DNA of 32,112 nucleotides, taken from the sequence record SRR31156797_310, one strand, 5' to 3'. Positions within the stretch are counted from its first letter, which is position 1. Every line of letters begins with the position of its first letter. Positions 22,153 to 32,066 of this stretch are shown one piece after another. The position numbers and the translations under genes are program-made. The notes beneath the pieces are model-generated. The model searched no databases. It saw nothing but the letters and a program-made list of their open reading frames with translations, and was not told the origin of the DNA.

Positions 22153-22881
22153 ATGCTGGAAAATACTCGCATCTTAGTGGTAGATGATGATGAGGAAATT
22201 TGTGAGTTACTCGATGAGTATCTTAGTAAGTCTGGGTTAAACGTAGCAACTGTTGGTAATGGTAAAGCATTACAAGATTATTTAGGCGATCAGGGTTACC
22301 CCGATCTCATCTTGCTGGATGTTATGCTGCCTGGTGATGACGGCTTTGCGATTTGCCAGAGAATTCGTCGAGATTCACAAGTCCCTATCATTATGTTGAC
22401 CGCGGTCTCTGATGAAACGGATCAAATACTTGGCTTGGAAATCGGAGCAGATGACTACATAGCGAAACCTTTCAGCCCAAGGCAGTTAATTGCGCGTATT
22501 AAAGCTTTATTGCGCAGAGCACATGCGAATGATGAAAAGCCCGATGATGTCTTACCCAAACAGATCTATTTTGGTGATTGGAAATTAGATACGCTCTCAC
22601 ATCGAATCACTCACCTTGAAACACAAACCGAGCATGATTTATCCGGTAGTGACTTTTCAATGTTGATGCTGTTTTTGACTCGTCCCAATGAGGTTTTAGA
22701 TCGAGATACTATCTCTTATGCCACGCGAGGGCGCGAAGCCTTGCCTTATGAAAGAGGGATTGATGTGCAATTAAGCCGCTTAAGGCAGCGGTTAGGTCAC
22801 AGTAAAAAATACCCGCACTATATAAAAACGATGCGTGGTAACGGCTACATATTATCCATTCCTGTTAATTACGAGCATTAG
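22153..22881 (+). CDS. OmpR-family response regulator (GltR-like)
   Basis: Receiver domain VVDDD, LLDVMLP, GADDYIAKPF; winged helix IDVQLSRLR...IKTMRGNGY. Confidence 0.92.
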   Translation: MLENTRILVVDDDEEICELLDEYLSKSGLNVATVGNGKALQDYLGDQGYPDLILLDVMLPGDDGFAICQRIRRDSQVPIIMLTAVSDETDQILGLEIGADDYIAKPFSPRQLIARIKALLRRAHANDEKPDDVLPKQIYFGDWKLDTLSHRITHLETQTEHDLSGSDFSMLMLFLTRPNEVLDRDTISYATRGREALPYERGIDVQLSRLRQRLGHSKKYPHYIKTMRGNGYILSIPVNYEH

Positions 22882-22885
22882 TGGT

Positions 22886-24340
22886 ATGCCTGCCCGCCGA
22901 ATCTGGACGCGTATAAAGCCGAACTCGCTTGTCGCTCGTACTCTATTGCTCACCTTGCTGGCGGTTGTTGTTGCGCAAGGCATTGCGACATCAATATGGT
23001 ATAGCCAATCAAAGAATAAGGAACTAGAGGGCATACAGTCAGCATCCGCAAGTATGGCGGGAATGTTTGCCTCGACGGTGAATTTTTTCCAGTCTCTTCC
23101 GGTTCGCTATCGGCATATCGTGCTCGATCAAATCCGAAATATGGGGGGAACACGATTTTTCGTTTCGTTTAACAAGGAGCGTTTGATCGTTGAGCCGATT
23201 GCGGATACTCGTCTTAAAACAACCTCGATCGCGGCGGTAAAACAAGTATTGCGAACCAAGCTGACCAAAGTGGGGGAGATCTCAGTGGATTTCTCCCGTC
23301 CAGAACGATTACGACTGTTGAAGAATGACATTTTCCTGCATGACTTACCCAAGTCGTGGGCGCACCATACCTTAACCTTGGATCCACTTAACCCTCCTGT
23401 AATGGTGGTGCAAATAGAGCTGGATGAAGGTGAGTGGCTTTACATTGCAGCTCTACTTCCCACACCTTATCTCACTCTAGATGACACGCTGTTGGGCAAT
23501 GAGCAGGTGTTGTTTCTGTTTTTCTCCACCTCCATTCTGTTAGTGCTTACTTACTTTTTGATGCGCAGACAAGTTCGGCCGCTGAAAAATTTAGCGCGAG
23601 CCGCCAATGATATGAGTTTGGGTATTGAACAAAGACCGTTGGCAGAAGAAGGGGCAAGTGAACTGATGGTTGCAACACGGGCATTTAACCGGATGCAGCA
23701 GCGTATTCGTCGTTATGTTTCTGATAGAGAGCATCTCTTTTCTTCAATCTCTCACGATTTAAAAACCCCAATAACGCGCTTAAGACTGCGTGCGGAGTTG
23801 TTAGTGGATGATGTCAAACGAGAGAAATTCAACCGTGATTTAGATGAGTTAGAGATGATGGTCAAAGGCGCCTTACAGTGTGTGCGTGACACCGATTTAC
23901 ATGAGAACAACGACTACGTTGATCTGAATGAAATGCTTACTGCTATCGCCGAAGGTTACAACTTACATGAACAAAAAGTGCATTTTGAACCAGTGGCAAT
24001 GGAACCTCTGGTCGCCAAACCACTTGCCGTAAAGCGAGCACTAACCAACTTAATCCAAAATGGTGTGAAATACGGTAACGAAGTTTTTGTTACTCTGCAG
24101 GAGAGCCATGATTGGATTACGGTCACGATAGACGATAAAGGACCGGGTATTCCTCCGCAAATGCTAGAGCAGGTTTTTGAACCTTATTTTCGTTTATCTA
24201 ATGACGATGAAGGGCATGGTCTTGGCCTTGGCATCTGCCGTAACATCGTTCGTGGACATGGCGGAGATCTCATTATTGATAATTTACCCAATGGCGGTTT
24301 GCGCGCTCAAATCTATATCCCACCGACTCTTGAAGTTTAA
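22886..24340 (+). CDS. Membrane sensor histidine kinase (GtrS-like)
   Basis: Two TM segments flanking a periplasmic domain, HAMP, H-box SHDLKTP, N-box NLIQNGVKY, G boxes DKGPG and GLGLGI. Start set at ATG 22886. Confidence 0.92.
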   Translation: MPARRIWTRIKPNSLVARTLLLTLLAVVVAQGIATSIWYSQSKNKELEGIQSASASMAGMFASTVNFFQSLPVRYRHIVLDQIRNMGGTRFFVSFNKERLIVEPIADTRLKTTSIAAVKQVLRTKLTKVGEISVDFSRPERLRLLKNDIFLHDLPKSWAHHTLTLDPLNPPVMVVQIELDEGEWLYIAALLPTPYLTLDDTLLGNEQVLFLFFSTSILLVLTYFLMRRQVRPLKNLARAANDMSLGIEQRPLAEEGASELMVATRAFNRMQQRIRRYVSDREHLFSSISHDLKTPITRLRLRAELLVDDVKREKFNRDLDELEMMVKGALQCVRDTDLHENNDYVDLNEMLTAIAEGYNLHEQKVHFEPVAMEPLVAKPLAVKRALTNLIQNGVKYGNEVFVTLQESHDWITVTIDDKGPGIPPQMLEQVFEPYFRLSNDDEGHGLGLGICRNIVRGHGGDLIIDNLPNGGLRAQIYIPPTLEV

Positions 24341-24379
24341 TGTAACAGTTGTGTTACATTGTTGTTACTGTTTGTTTCA
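24339..24379. promoter_or_regulatory. Operator array upstream of the sugar-binding protein gene
   Basis: Perfect AATGTAACA-GTTG-TGTTACATT palindrome plus phased repeats TGTAACA, TGTTACA, TGTTACT, TGTTTCA at 24341, 24352, 24363, 24373. Confidence 0.6.
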
Positions 24380-24466
24380 GACAAATTTTTGCCTTTACCT
24401 ACACTGGAGGTCAAGAAGAGCAATATAGCTCTCTTTTGTCTAATCCAAACATGGAAGATAACAACA

Positions 24467-25714
24467 ATGAAAATGAACAAAACCCTACTAACCTTATCTC
24501 TTCTTGCTGCCACTCCCTTCGCTCATGCTGGTGAAGTTGAAGTTCTACACTGGTGGACGTCAGGCGGTGAAGCAAAATCAGTGGCAGCGCTAAAAGAAAT
24601 GCTTGAGGAGCAAGGCCACTCTTGGAAAGATTTTGCTGTTGCTGGTGGCGGCGGTGAAAGTGCGATGACGGTACTAAAAACTCGTGCGGTTTCGGGTAAT
24701 CCACCTTCAGCTGCGCAGATTAAAGGGCATGACATTCAAGAGTGGGGTGGTTTAGGCTTCCTAACCAACTTGAATGATGTTGCTGAGCAGGGCAAGTGGG
24801 ATTCCATCATTCCTAAAATGATCACTAACGTAATGAAAAGCGATGGTGAGTATGTTGCTGTTCCTGTTAACGTTCACCGTGTTAACTGGTTATGGGCAAA
24901 CCCAGCTGTGTTTGAGAAAGCCGGTGCGAAAGTTCCAACAACAATGGATGAATTTTTCGCAGCAGCTGAAAAAATCAAAGCGGCGGGTTTGGTTCCGTTA
25001 GCGCATGGTGGTCAGCCTTGGCAGGATGCGACCGTTTTCGAAGCGGTAGCTCTGGATGTGCTTGGCTCTGCTGATTACGTGAAAGCCTTTGTGGATTTGG
25101 ACATGGATACGTTAGCTGGTCCGAAGATGGTTGACGTGTTTACTAAGTTCAAAAAAGTCCACGACTACATTGATACTAACTCACCGGGTCGTGATTGGAA
25201 CGTAGCAACGTCTATGGTTATCAATGGTGAAGCGGGTATGCAAATCATGGGTGACTGGGCGAAAGGCGAATTTACAGCAGCAGGAAAAATGCCGGGTAAA
25301 GATTATGTTTGTGTCCCAGCTCCAGGTACTGCTGGCCAGTTTACCTACAACGTAGATAGCTTTGCTTTCTTTGAGTTGAAAGATGAAGAAAACATCGAAG
25401 CGCAGAAAGCACTGGCGGCAACGATTCTAGATCCAAAATTCCAAGAAACATTCAACTTAAACAAAGGTTCTATCCCTGTTCGTCTGGACATGGATATGGC
25501 TAAGTTCGACCAATGTGCTCTGGACTCAATGAAAGAGTTCAAATCTTCAGCGCAATCTAATGACCTAGTACCAAGTATGGCTCACGGTATGTCTACGACG
25601 AGTTATGCGCAAGGTGCTATCTATGACGTGGTAACGAACTTCTTTAACGATCCAAGTGCTGATCCTAAAGAAGCCGCTCAAAAACTAGCGAAAGCGGTTA
25701 AAGCTGCAATGTAA
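24467..25714 (+). CDS. CUT1 ABC sugar-binding protein (GtsA-like, glucose/mannose type)
   Basis: Signal peptide ending [41 protein letters not shown] and SMAHG motifs typical of Pseudomonas-type glucose-binding proteins. Confidence 0.9.
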   Translation: MKMNKTLLTLSLLAATPFAHAGEVEVLHWWTSGGEAKSVAALKEMLEEQGHSWKDFAVAGGGGESAMTVLKTRAVSGNPPSAAQIKGHDIQEWGGLGFLTNLNDVAEQGKWDSIIPKMITNVMKSDGEYVAVPVNVHRVNWLWANPAVFEKAGAKVPTTMDEFFAAAEKIKAAGLVPLAHGGQPWQDATVFEAVALDVLGSADYVKAFVDLDMDTLAGPKMVDVFTKFKKVHDYIDTNSPGRDWNVATSMVINGEAGMQIMGDWAKGEFTAAGKMPGKDYVCVPAPGTAGQFTYNVDSFAFFELKDEENIEAQKALAATILDPKFQETFNLNKGSIPVRLDMDMAKFDQCALDSMKEFKSSAQSNDLVPSMAHGMSTTSYAQGAIYDVVTNFFNDPSADPKEAAQKLAKAVKAAM

Positions 25715-25754
25715 CCGCTGTTCAGCCTGATTCAGTTGGGCTTGAACATTGTTG

Positions 25755-25777
25755 AGGCAGGATTGTTCCTGCCTTTT
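25755..25777 (+). terminator. Intercistronic stem-loop / weak terminator after the binding-protein gene
   Basis: AGGCAGGA-TTGT-TCCTGCCT-TTT. Confidence 0.55.
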
Positions 25778-25811
25778 CATCCCGTTATCTCTTTCTTCAA
25801 TTTGGAAAGTT

Positions 25812-26735
25812 ATGGAGCACGTTTTGAACCGTCAAACGACTCGTTCTGTGCCAAAGCCAAGCTTTGCCGACAGACTGCAACATTGGCTGCCAAAAATAGT
25901 CCTGTCACCCACGATCTTGCTCACTGTGGTGTGTATTTATGGATTCATTTTCTGGACAGCTGCACTGTCTATGACTAACTCTCGTTTTTTACCTAGTTTT
26001 AATTTTGCAGGCTTGCTGCAATATGAAAAGCTGATGGAAAATGACCGTTGGATTACTTCAATTACTAACCTTGGCATCTTTGGATTGTTGTTCATGTTGA
26101 TTGCCATCGCTTTAGGGATTTTTCTTGCCATATTCCTTGACCAGAACATTCGTCAGGAAGGGGCAATTCGAACCATTTACCTCTATCCAATGGCACTGTC
26201 GTTTATCGTGACAGGTACTGCCTGGAAGTGGATTTTAAACCCCGGCTTGGGGGTTGAAAAACTGATGCACGATTGGGGATTCACCGATTTTAGCTTTAAC
26301 TGGCTCGTGGATTCAGATATGGCGGTCTACACGCTGGTTATTGCCGCGGTGTGGCAATCATCTGGTTTTGTCATGGCTATGTTTCTCGCTGGATTACGTG
26401 GTATCGATTCTTCAATCATTAAAGCGGCGCAAATAGATGGGGCGAGCTTGCCAACCATCTACTGGAAAATCATTTTACCTTGCTTGCGTCCGGTGGTTTT
26501 CAGCGCGGTGATCATTACTTCTCATATCGCTATTAAGAGTTTTGACTTAGTGACAGCGATGACGGCTGGTGGCCCGGGTTATTCATCTGACTTACCGGCA
26601 CTGTTTATGTATGCCCATTCCTTTACCCGAGGACAAATCGGCTTAGGTGCCGCCAGTGCGATGATGATGCTAGCCGGTATTCTTGCGATTCTTGTCCCGT
26701 ATCTGTACTCCGAGCTTAGGGAGAAAAAATCATGA
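25812..26735 (+). CDS. Carbohydrate ABC permease (GtsB-like)
   Basis: About six TM segments, EAA-like loop IIKAAQIDGAS. Start set at ATG 25812. Confidence 0.92.
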   Translation: MEHVLNRQTTRSVPKPSFADRLQHWLPKIVLSPTILLTVVCIYGFIFWTAALSMTNSRFLPSFNFAGLLQYEKLMENDRWITSITNLGIFGLLFMLIAIALGIFLAIFLDQNIRQEGAIRTIYLYPMALSFIVTGTAWKWILNPGLGVEKLMHDWGFTDFSFNWLVDSDMAVYTLVIAAVWQSSGFVMAMFLAGLRGIDSSIIKAAQIDGASLPTIYWKIILPCLRPVVFSAVIITSHIAIKSFDLVTAMTAGGPGYSSDLPALFMYAHSFTRGQIGLGAASAMMMLAGILAILVPYLYSELREKKS

Positions 26736-27589
26736 GCAATAAGATGAATTACGCACGAATGGGAATTTACGCGACGCTGATTTTTTTCTGCTTAATTTAC
26801 CTGATGCCTTTGCTGGTTATGGTTTTAACCTCTTTTAAAACCTTACCGGATATCCGCGCGGGTAACCTGATGAGTTTGCCGCAAGAGTGGGTTTTTGATG
26901 CTTGGTTAAAAGCGTGGGACAGCGCTTGTACAGGGGTAAAATGTGAAGGGGTAAAAGGCTATTTCTGGAACTCGTTTCAGATGGTGGTACCTGCGGTGTT
27001 AATTTCTACCTTCTTGGGTGCCTTTAATGGTTACGTTGTGACCAAGTGGCAATTCCGTGGTTCTAACCTGTTCTTCAGTCTGCTGTTGTTCGGGTGTTTT
27101 ATTCCGTTTCAAGTGATTCTGCTGCCGATGGCTGCGTTGCTGGGCAAACTGGGTTTAGCCAATACCACTTCTGGTCTGGTACTGGTTCACGTTATATACG
27201 GTATGGCTTTTACGACTCTATTCTTTCGTAATTTCTATATCTCAGTACCCGATGAGCTCGTTAAAGCCGCTAAGTTAGACGGGGCAGGCTTCTTTACCAT
27301 TTTCTTCCGAATTTTACTGCCGATTTCAACTCCCATCATCATGGTTACCATCATTTGGCAGTTTACGGCAATTTGGAACGATTTCTTGTTTGGGGTGGTT
27401 TACTCGGGGTCCGAAACTCAGCCAATTACCGTGGCATTAAATAACTTAGTCAACACCAGCACAGGTGTTAAAGAGTACAACGTGGACATGGCTGCAGCGA
27501 TTATCGCCGCCTTGCCAACCCTAGTTGTTTATGTACTCGCAGGAAAATATTTTGTACGCGGTTTAACCGCTGGTTCAGTAAAAGGATAA
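26732..27589 (+). CDS. Carbohydrate ABC permease (GtsC-like)
   Basis: EAA-like loop ELVKAAKLDGAG, WNDFLFG, ends FVRGLTAGSVKG; ATGA overlap with the previous gene. Confidence 0.92.
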   Translation: MSNKMNYARMGIYATLIFFCLIYLMPLLVMVLTSFKTLPDIRAGNLMSLPQEWVFDAWLKAWDSACTGVKCEGVKGYFWNSFQMVVPAVLISTFLGAFNGYVVTKWQFRGSNLFFSLLLFGCFIPFQVILLPMAALLGKLGLANTTSGLVLVHVIYGMAFTTLFFRNFYISVPDELVKAAKLDGAGFFTIFFRILLPISTPIIMVTIIWQFTAIWNDFLFGVVYSGSETQPITVALNNLVNTSTGVKEYNVDMAAAIIAALPTLVVYVLAGKYFVRGLTAGSVKG

Positions 27590-27594
27590 TCCGC

Positions 27595-28707
27595 ATGGCT
27601 GACTTACAACTAAAACAGATTAGAAAAACTTATCGCAACGCGGAGCAAGAGACTTTAAAGGGCATCGATATTTCCATCGAATCAGGTGAGTTCCTGATTT
27701 TGGTCGGCCCATCTGGTTGTGGTAAATCAACATTGATGAATACCATCGCAGGTCTGGAAGATATTACTTCTGGCGAAATTGTTATTGATGGGCTGGATGT
27801 CTCCAATGTTGAACCAAAAGATCGTGATATCGCAATGGTATTCCAGTCATATGCGTTGTACCCGAATATGACAGTGCGCGACAACATCGCTTTTGGTTTA
27901 AAGATTCGCAAAATGGCGAAAGAAAAAATCGATGCAGAAGTAAAGCGCGTATCGGAAATGCTGCAGATTGACCAGCTATTGGATCGCAAGCCTTCACAAC
28001 TTTCGGGCGGCCAACGCCAGCGGGTTGCGATGGGGCGTGCATTAGCTCGTCGTCCTAAGTTGTACTTGTTTGATGAACCACTTTCAAATTTGGACGCAAA
28101 GTTGCGTGTGGATATGCGCCACCAAATCAAGCGTCTTCACCAGCAACTTAATACCACCATTGTGTATGTGACCCATGACCAAATTGAAGCCATGACATTG
28201 GCGGATAGAATTGCGGTAATGAAGGACGGTGAATTACAACAATTAGGAACGCCAAAGGAAATCTACAATCAGCCTAACAACATGTTTGTTGCTGGTTTCA
28301 TGGGTTCACCGTCGATGAACTTCATTCGAACCATGGTCGATTTGGATCAAAACGACAACCCGGTCATTAAAGTTCGTGGCACCAATGAACAAGAGCATCA
28401 CATTAAACTTCCGGGACATATGCGTGATCAGGATGGGCGTGCGATTGTCATCGGGGTAAGGCCAGAGCACATAACAGAAAAGCCTGGCAGTGATGATGAA
28501 ACCTCTACCGGTTTGGAACTGATGCTTGAAGTATTAGAGCCAACGGGACCGGATACCATTGCTATGGTTAAAGTCAACGAACAGGAAGTCGCGTGCCGTT
28601 TATCTCCTGAGTTTGAAGCCAAACCGGGGCACATGGCCACCTTGCATTTTGACTTGTCAAAAGCGGTGTATTTTGATGGCAAGACAGAACAACGTATCCA
28701 CTTTTAA
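27595..28707 (+). CDS. MalK-type ABC ATPase (GtsD-like)
   Basis: Walker A GPSGCGKS, signature LSGGQ, Walker B LFDEP, H-loop VTHD, C-terminal TOBE region (GVRPE). Confidence 0.94.
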   Translation: MADLQLKQIRKTYRNAEQETLKGIDISIESGEFLILVGPSGCGKSTLMNTIAGLEDITSGEIVIDGLDVSNVEPKDRDIAMVFQSYALYPNMTVRDNIAFGLKIRKMAKEKIDAEVKRVSEMLQIDQLLDRKPSQLSGGQRQRVAMGRALARRPKLYLFDEPLSNLDAKLRVDMRHQIKRLHQQLNTTIVYVTHDQIEAMTLADRIAVMKDGELQQLGTPKEIYNQPNNMFVAGFMGSPSMNFIRTMVDLDQNDNPVIKVRGTNEQEHHIKLPGHMRDQDGRAIVIGVRPEHITEKPGSDDETSTGLELMLEVLEPTGPDTIAMVKVNEQEVACRLSPEFEAKPGHMATLHFDLSKAVYFDGKTEQRIHF

Positions 28708-28745
28708 TGCTTATGGTTAGTTTACGCGACTATACTTAACTTATT

Positions 28746-28792
28746 GGTGGGATTTGACACAAAGGCCTCCTTTCTATGTGTCATTTCCCACC
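28746..28792. promoter_or_regulatory. Tandem upstream activator sites (DctD-type enhancer) for dctP
   Basis: GGTGGGATTTGACACA and TGTGTCATTTCCCACC: two imperfect palindromes that are inverted copies of each other, 100-145 nt upstream of the -24 element. Confidence 0.55.
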
Positions 28793-28847
28793 CATTTCAA
28801 TGTTCCCCTTCCTGTGTTAATTCAAATATTTAACAAATAACCTGTCA

Positions 28848-28860
28848 TAACCTATTGTTT
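28848..28860. promoter_or_regulatory. Possible IHF site
   Basis: TAACCTATTGTTT is one mismatch from YAANNNNTTGATW and lies between the UAS and the sigma54 promoter. Confidence 0.4.
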
Positions 28861-28889
28861 TAAATGAGATGTTAAGTTTTTGTTTCAGG

Positions 28890-28906
28890 TTGGCCTGCTC
28901 CTTGCT
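28890..28906 (+). promoter_or_regulatory. Sigma54 (-24/-12) promoter of dctPQM
   Basis: TTGGC-CTGCTCC-TTGCT with exact GG-N10-GC spacing, 60 nt upstream of the dctP ATG. Confidence 0.75.
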
Positions 28907-28966
28907 CTTAGATAAGTACGCAGCACCCATTGATGGGGCTGATATTTAAAACCAAGGAGAATAATA

Positions 28967-29965
28967 ATGTTAAAGCCTCTTTCCCTACTTACTGCTTCAA
29001 TTCTAGCTGTTACTAGTTTCAACGCTGCCGCGAACTGTGATCCGGGTGAAGTTGTGATTAAATTCAGTCACGTAACGAACACGGATAAACACCCTAAAGG
29101 TATCGCCGCTTCATTGCTTGAAAAACGAGTGAACGAAGAAATGAATGGTAAAGCCTGTATGCAAGTTTTCCCGAACTCAACACTTTATGATGATGATAAA
29201 GTCTTGGAGGCACTATTGAATGGTGACGTTCAAATGGCTGCACCATCTCTATCAAAATTTGAAAAATTCACCAAAAAGTTCCGCCTTTTCGACCTTCCTT
29301 TCCTTTTTGATGATGTAGATGCTGTTGACCGTTTCCAAAATTCTGAAGCGGGTGAAAAGCTTAAGAACGCAATGAACCGTCGTGGTGTTAAAGGCCTTGA
29401 GTTCTGGCACAACGGTATGAAGCAGATCTCTGCTAACAAGCCGATTATCCTTCCTTCTGATGCGAAAGGTCTTAAATTCCGCGTACAAGCTTCTGACGTT
29501 CTTGTTGCTCAGTTTGAGCAGCTAGATGCGAACCCACAAAAAATGTCTTTTGCTGAAGTTTACGGTGGTCTACAAACCAAAGTTATCGACGGTCAGGAAA
29601 ACACTTGGTCAAACATCTACGGTAAGAAGTTCTTCGAAGTTCAAGACGGTACCACTGAAACAAACCACGGTATTCTTGACTATCTAGTGGTGACATCAAC
29701 TAAGTGGTGGGATGGCCTGCCAACAGATATCCGTGATCAGTTGGCGACGATTTTGGCTGAAGTTACCGCAACTCGTAATGCTGAATCCAATAAGGTTGAG
29801 CGACAAAACAAACAGTACGTAATTGAAGCGGGTGGTGAAGTGCGTGAACTGACTGCTGAGCAGCGTCAGCAATGGGTTGATGCACTTAAACCTGTATGGA
29901 AGAAGTTTGAGAAAGATATTGGTAGCGACTTGATTGATGCTGCCCTAGCTTCGAACAAGCAGTAA
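28967..29965 (+). CDS. dctP: TRAP C4-dicarboxylate-binding protein DctP
   Basis: Signal peptide, IKFSHV...HPKG, DLPFLF, KGLKFRVQ, EVYGGLQTKVIDGQEN; strong AAGGAG SD. Confidence 0.92.
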   Translation: MLKPLSLLTASILAVTSFNAAANCDPGEVVIKFSHVTNTDKHPKGIAASLLEKRVNEEMNGKACMQVFPNSTLYDDDKVLEALLNGDVQMAAPSLSKFEKFTKKFRLFDLPFLFDDVDAVDRFQNSEAGEKLKNAMNRRGVKGLEFWHNGMKQISANKPIILPSDAKGLKFRVQASDVLVAQFEQLDANPQKMSFAEVYGGLQTKVIDGQENTWSNIYGKKFFEVQDGTTETNHGILDYLVVTSTKWWDGLPTDIRDQLATILAEVTATRNAESNKVERQNKQYVIEAGGEVRELTAEQRQQWVDALKPVWKKFEKDIGSDLIDAALASNKQ

Positions 29966-29973
29966 TGATGTTT

Positions 29974-30003
29974 GCCCCCGCTCCTGACGGGTGGGGGCTT
30001 TTT
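29974..30003 (+). terminator. Intercistronic terminator-like hairpin after dctP
   Basis: GCCCCCGCTC-CTGAC-GGGTGGGGGC followed by TTTTT. Confidence 0.65.
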
Positions 30004-30038
30004 ACAAAAATAACGATTACAAAAGAGCTAAGTATCTT

Positions 30039-30701
30039 ATGGAACAGTCATTTTTTGCAAAAGTCGGTCAAGTTACTGACAAAGCCGAAGAGACATTGAT
30101 TGCGTTCTTCTTAGGGGCGATGACACTGCTTACGTTCATCAACGTCATCATGCGCTATGTATTCAACGATAACATTCTTTGGGCTCTCGAGCTTACCGTA
30201 TTTATGTTTGCATGGATGGTGTTAGTTGGGGCGTCTTACGGGGTAAAAAAACACTTCCATATTGGTGTGGATGTAGTGATTAACTTGGCACCAGAAGGCG
30301 GACGAAAAATCTATGCGTTAATTGCCGTTGCGTGCTGTTTAACTTTTTCAACACTACTTTTAATTGGTTCATGGAACTACTGGTATCCATTTGCCACTGA
30401 GCGTGCTTGGTACGAAACGGATGATATTCCAATGCCGGAAATGTTTCAGTTTTTAGCTGATTGGCTCAATGAAGGTGAACGATACGAGAAGCTTCCACGC
30501 TTTATTCCTTATGCAGCGCTTCCAATCGGGATGGCGATGCTGACTTTCCGTTTCCTACAAATTGCTTACCAAATTTTGACGGGTAAGTTGGACCGCATGA
30601 TTTCTGGTCACGAGGCTGAAGAAGATCTTGAAGCATTAAAAGCCGATATGGCGGATGTGGAAGAAACCATGACAACTCATAATAAAAACAAGGAGCAGTA
30701 A
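30039..30701 (+). CDS. dctQ: TRAP small permease DctQ
   Basis: Four TM segments, NVIMRY, WALEL, HIGVD. Start set at ATG 30039. Confidence 0.9.
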   Translation: MEQSFFAKVGQVTDKAEETLIAFFLGAMTLLTFINVIMRYVFNDNILWALELTVFMFAWMVLVGASYGVKKHFHIGVDVVINLAPEGGRKIYALIAVACCLTFSTLLLIGSWNYWYPFATERAWYETDDIPMPEMFQFLADWLNEGERYEKLPRFIPYAALPIGMAMLTFRFLQIAYQILTGKLDRMISGHEAEEDLEALKADMADVEETMTTHNKNKEQ

Positions 30702-30704
30702 ATC

Positions 30705-32066
30705 ATGGATATTTTACTGTTATTCGTAATGGTTATCGGCTTTATGCTGGTCGGTGTGCCAATCGCTGTATCGTTGGGTTTATCGAGTATTCTGTTTTTG
30801 ATGTGGCATTCAGAGGCTTCTCTTGCTTCAGTAGCACAAACACTTTTCAATGCTTTTGAAGGCCACTATACCTTATTGGCCATTCCGTTCTTCATTCTGG
30901 CATCTAGCTTTATGTCTACTGGCGGTGTCGCGAAACGTATTATTCGTTTTGCGATTGCGATGGTCGGATGGTTCCGTGGCGGTTTAGCAATGGCATCGGT
31001 TGTAGCTTGTATGATGTTTGCTGCGCTTTCTGGCTCGTCACCAGCAACGGTGGTCGCTATCGGTAGTATCGTTATTGCGGGTATGGTCAAAAACGGCTAC
31101 TCGAAAGAGTTTGCGGCAGGGGTTATTTGTAACGCAGGGACATTGGGCATTTTGATTCCACCGTCTATCGTAATGGTGGTTTACTCAGCGGCAACGGACG
31201 TCTCTGTTGGTCGCATGTTCTTGGGTGGAGTGATTCCGGGATTACTCGCTGGTCTGATGCTGATAGTGGCAATTTATATTGCTGCGAGAATCAAAAATCT
31301 ACCTAAACAGCCGTTTGTCGGTTGGGGTGAAGCGTTTGCAGCGGCAAAAGACGCAAGTTGGGGGCTGGCGCTGGTTGTCATCATTCTTGGTGGTATCTAT
31401 GGTGGTATCTTTACACCGACTGAGGCTGCGGCGGTCGCTGCAGTTTACTCTTTCTTCCTAGCGAATTTTATCTATCGCGACATGGGGCCATTTGCTGATA
31501 AGGCCAATACTAAACCAGTTGTGGTAAAAGCATTGGAAACGTTAGTGCATAAGGACACCAAGAATACGCTGTACGAAGCGGGTAAACTAACAATCATGTT
31601 ACTGTTTATCATTGCCAACGCGTTGATCTTGAAGCATGTTCTTACTGAAGAACGTATCCCGCAAATGATCACTGAATCCATGTTATCTGCGGGTTTAGGC
31701 CCGATTACCTTCCTGATTGTTGTGAACATCCTGCTACTGATTGGTGGTCAGTTTATGGAGCCATCAGGCCTACTGATTATTGTGGCACCTTTGGTGTTCC
31801 CAATTGCGATTCAACTTGGTATTGATCCAATTCACCTGGGTATCATGATGGTGGTGAACATGGAGATTGGCATGATAACGCCACCAGTGGGACTCAATCT
31901 GTTTGTCACCGCCGGTGTGGCGAAAATGTCGATGATGCATGTGGTGAAAGCAGCACTACCTTGGGTTGCTATCATGTTCTTGTTCTTGTTGATCGTTACT
32001 TATATCCCAGCAGTATCGACATGGTTACCAACACTGCTGATGGGGCCGGAAATTATTACCCGTTAG
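30705..32066 (+). CDS. dctM: TRAP large permease DctM
   Basis: LLAIPFFIL, SGSSPAT, LIPPS, GGIFTPTEA, ITPPVGLNLF motifs. Confidence 0.94.
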   Translation: MDILLLFVMVIGFMLVGVPIAVSLGLSSILFLMWHSEASLASVAQTLFNAFEGHYTLLAIPFFILASSFMSTGGVAKRIIRFAIAMVGWFRGGLAMASVVACMMFAALSGSSPATVVAIGSIVIAGMVKNGYSKEFAAGVICNAGTLGILIPPSIVMVVYSAATDVSVGRMFLGGVIPGLLAGLMLIVAIYIAARIKNLPKQPFVGWGEAFAAAKDASWGLALVVIILGGIYGGIFTPTEAAAVAAVYSFFLANFIYRDMGPFADKANTKPVVVKALETLVHKDTKNTLYEAGKLTIMLLFIIANALILKHVLTEERIPQMITESMLSAGLGPITFLIVVNILLLIGGQFMEPSGLLIIVAPLVFPIAIQLGIDPIHLGIMMVVNMEIGMITPPVGLNLFVTAGVAKMSMMHVVKAALPWVAIMFLFLLIVTYIPAVSTWLPTLLMGPEIITR

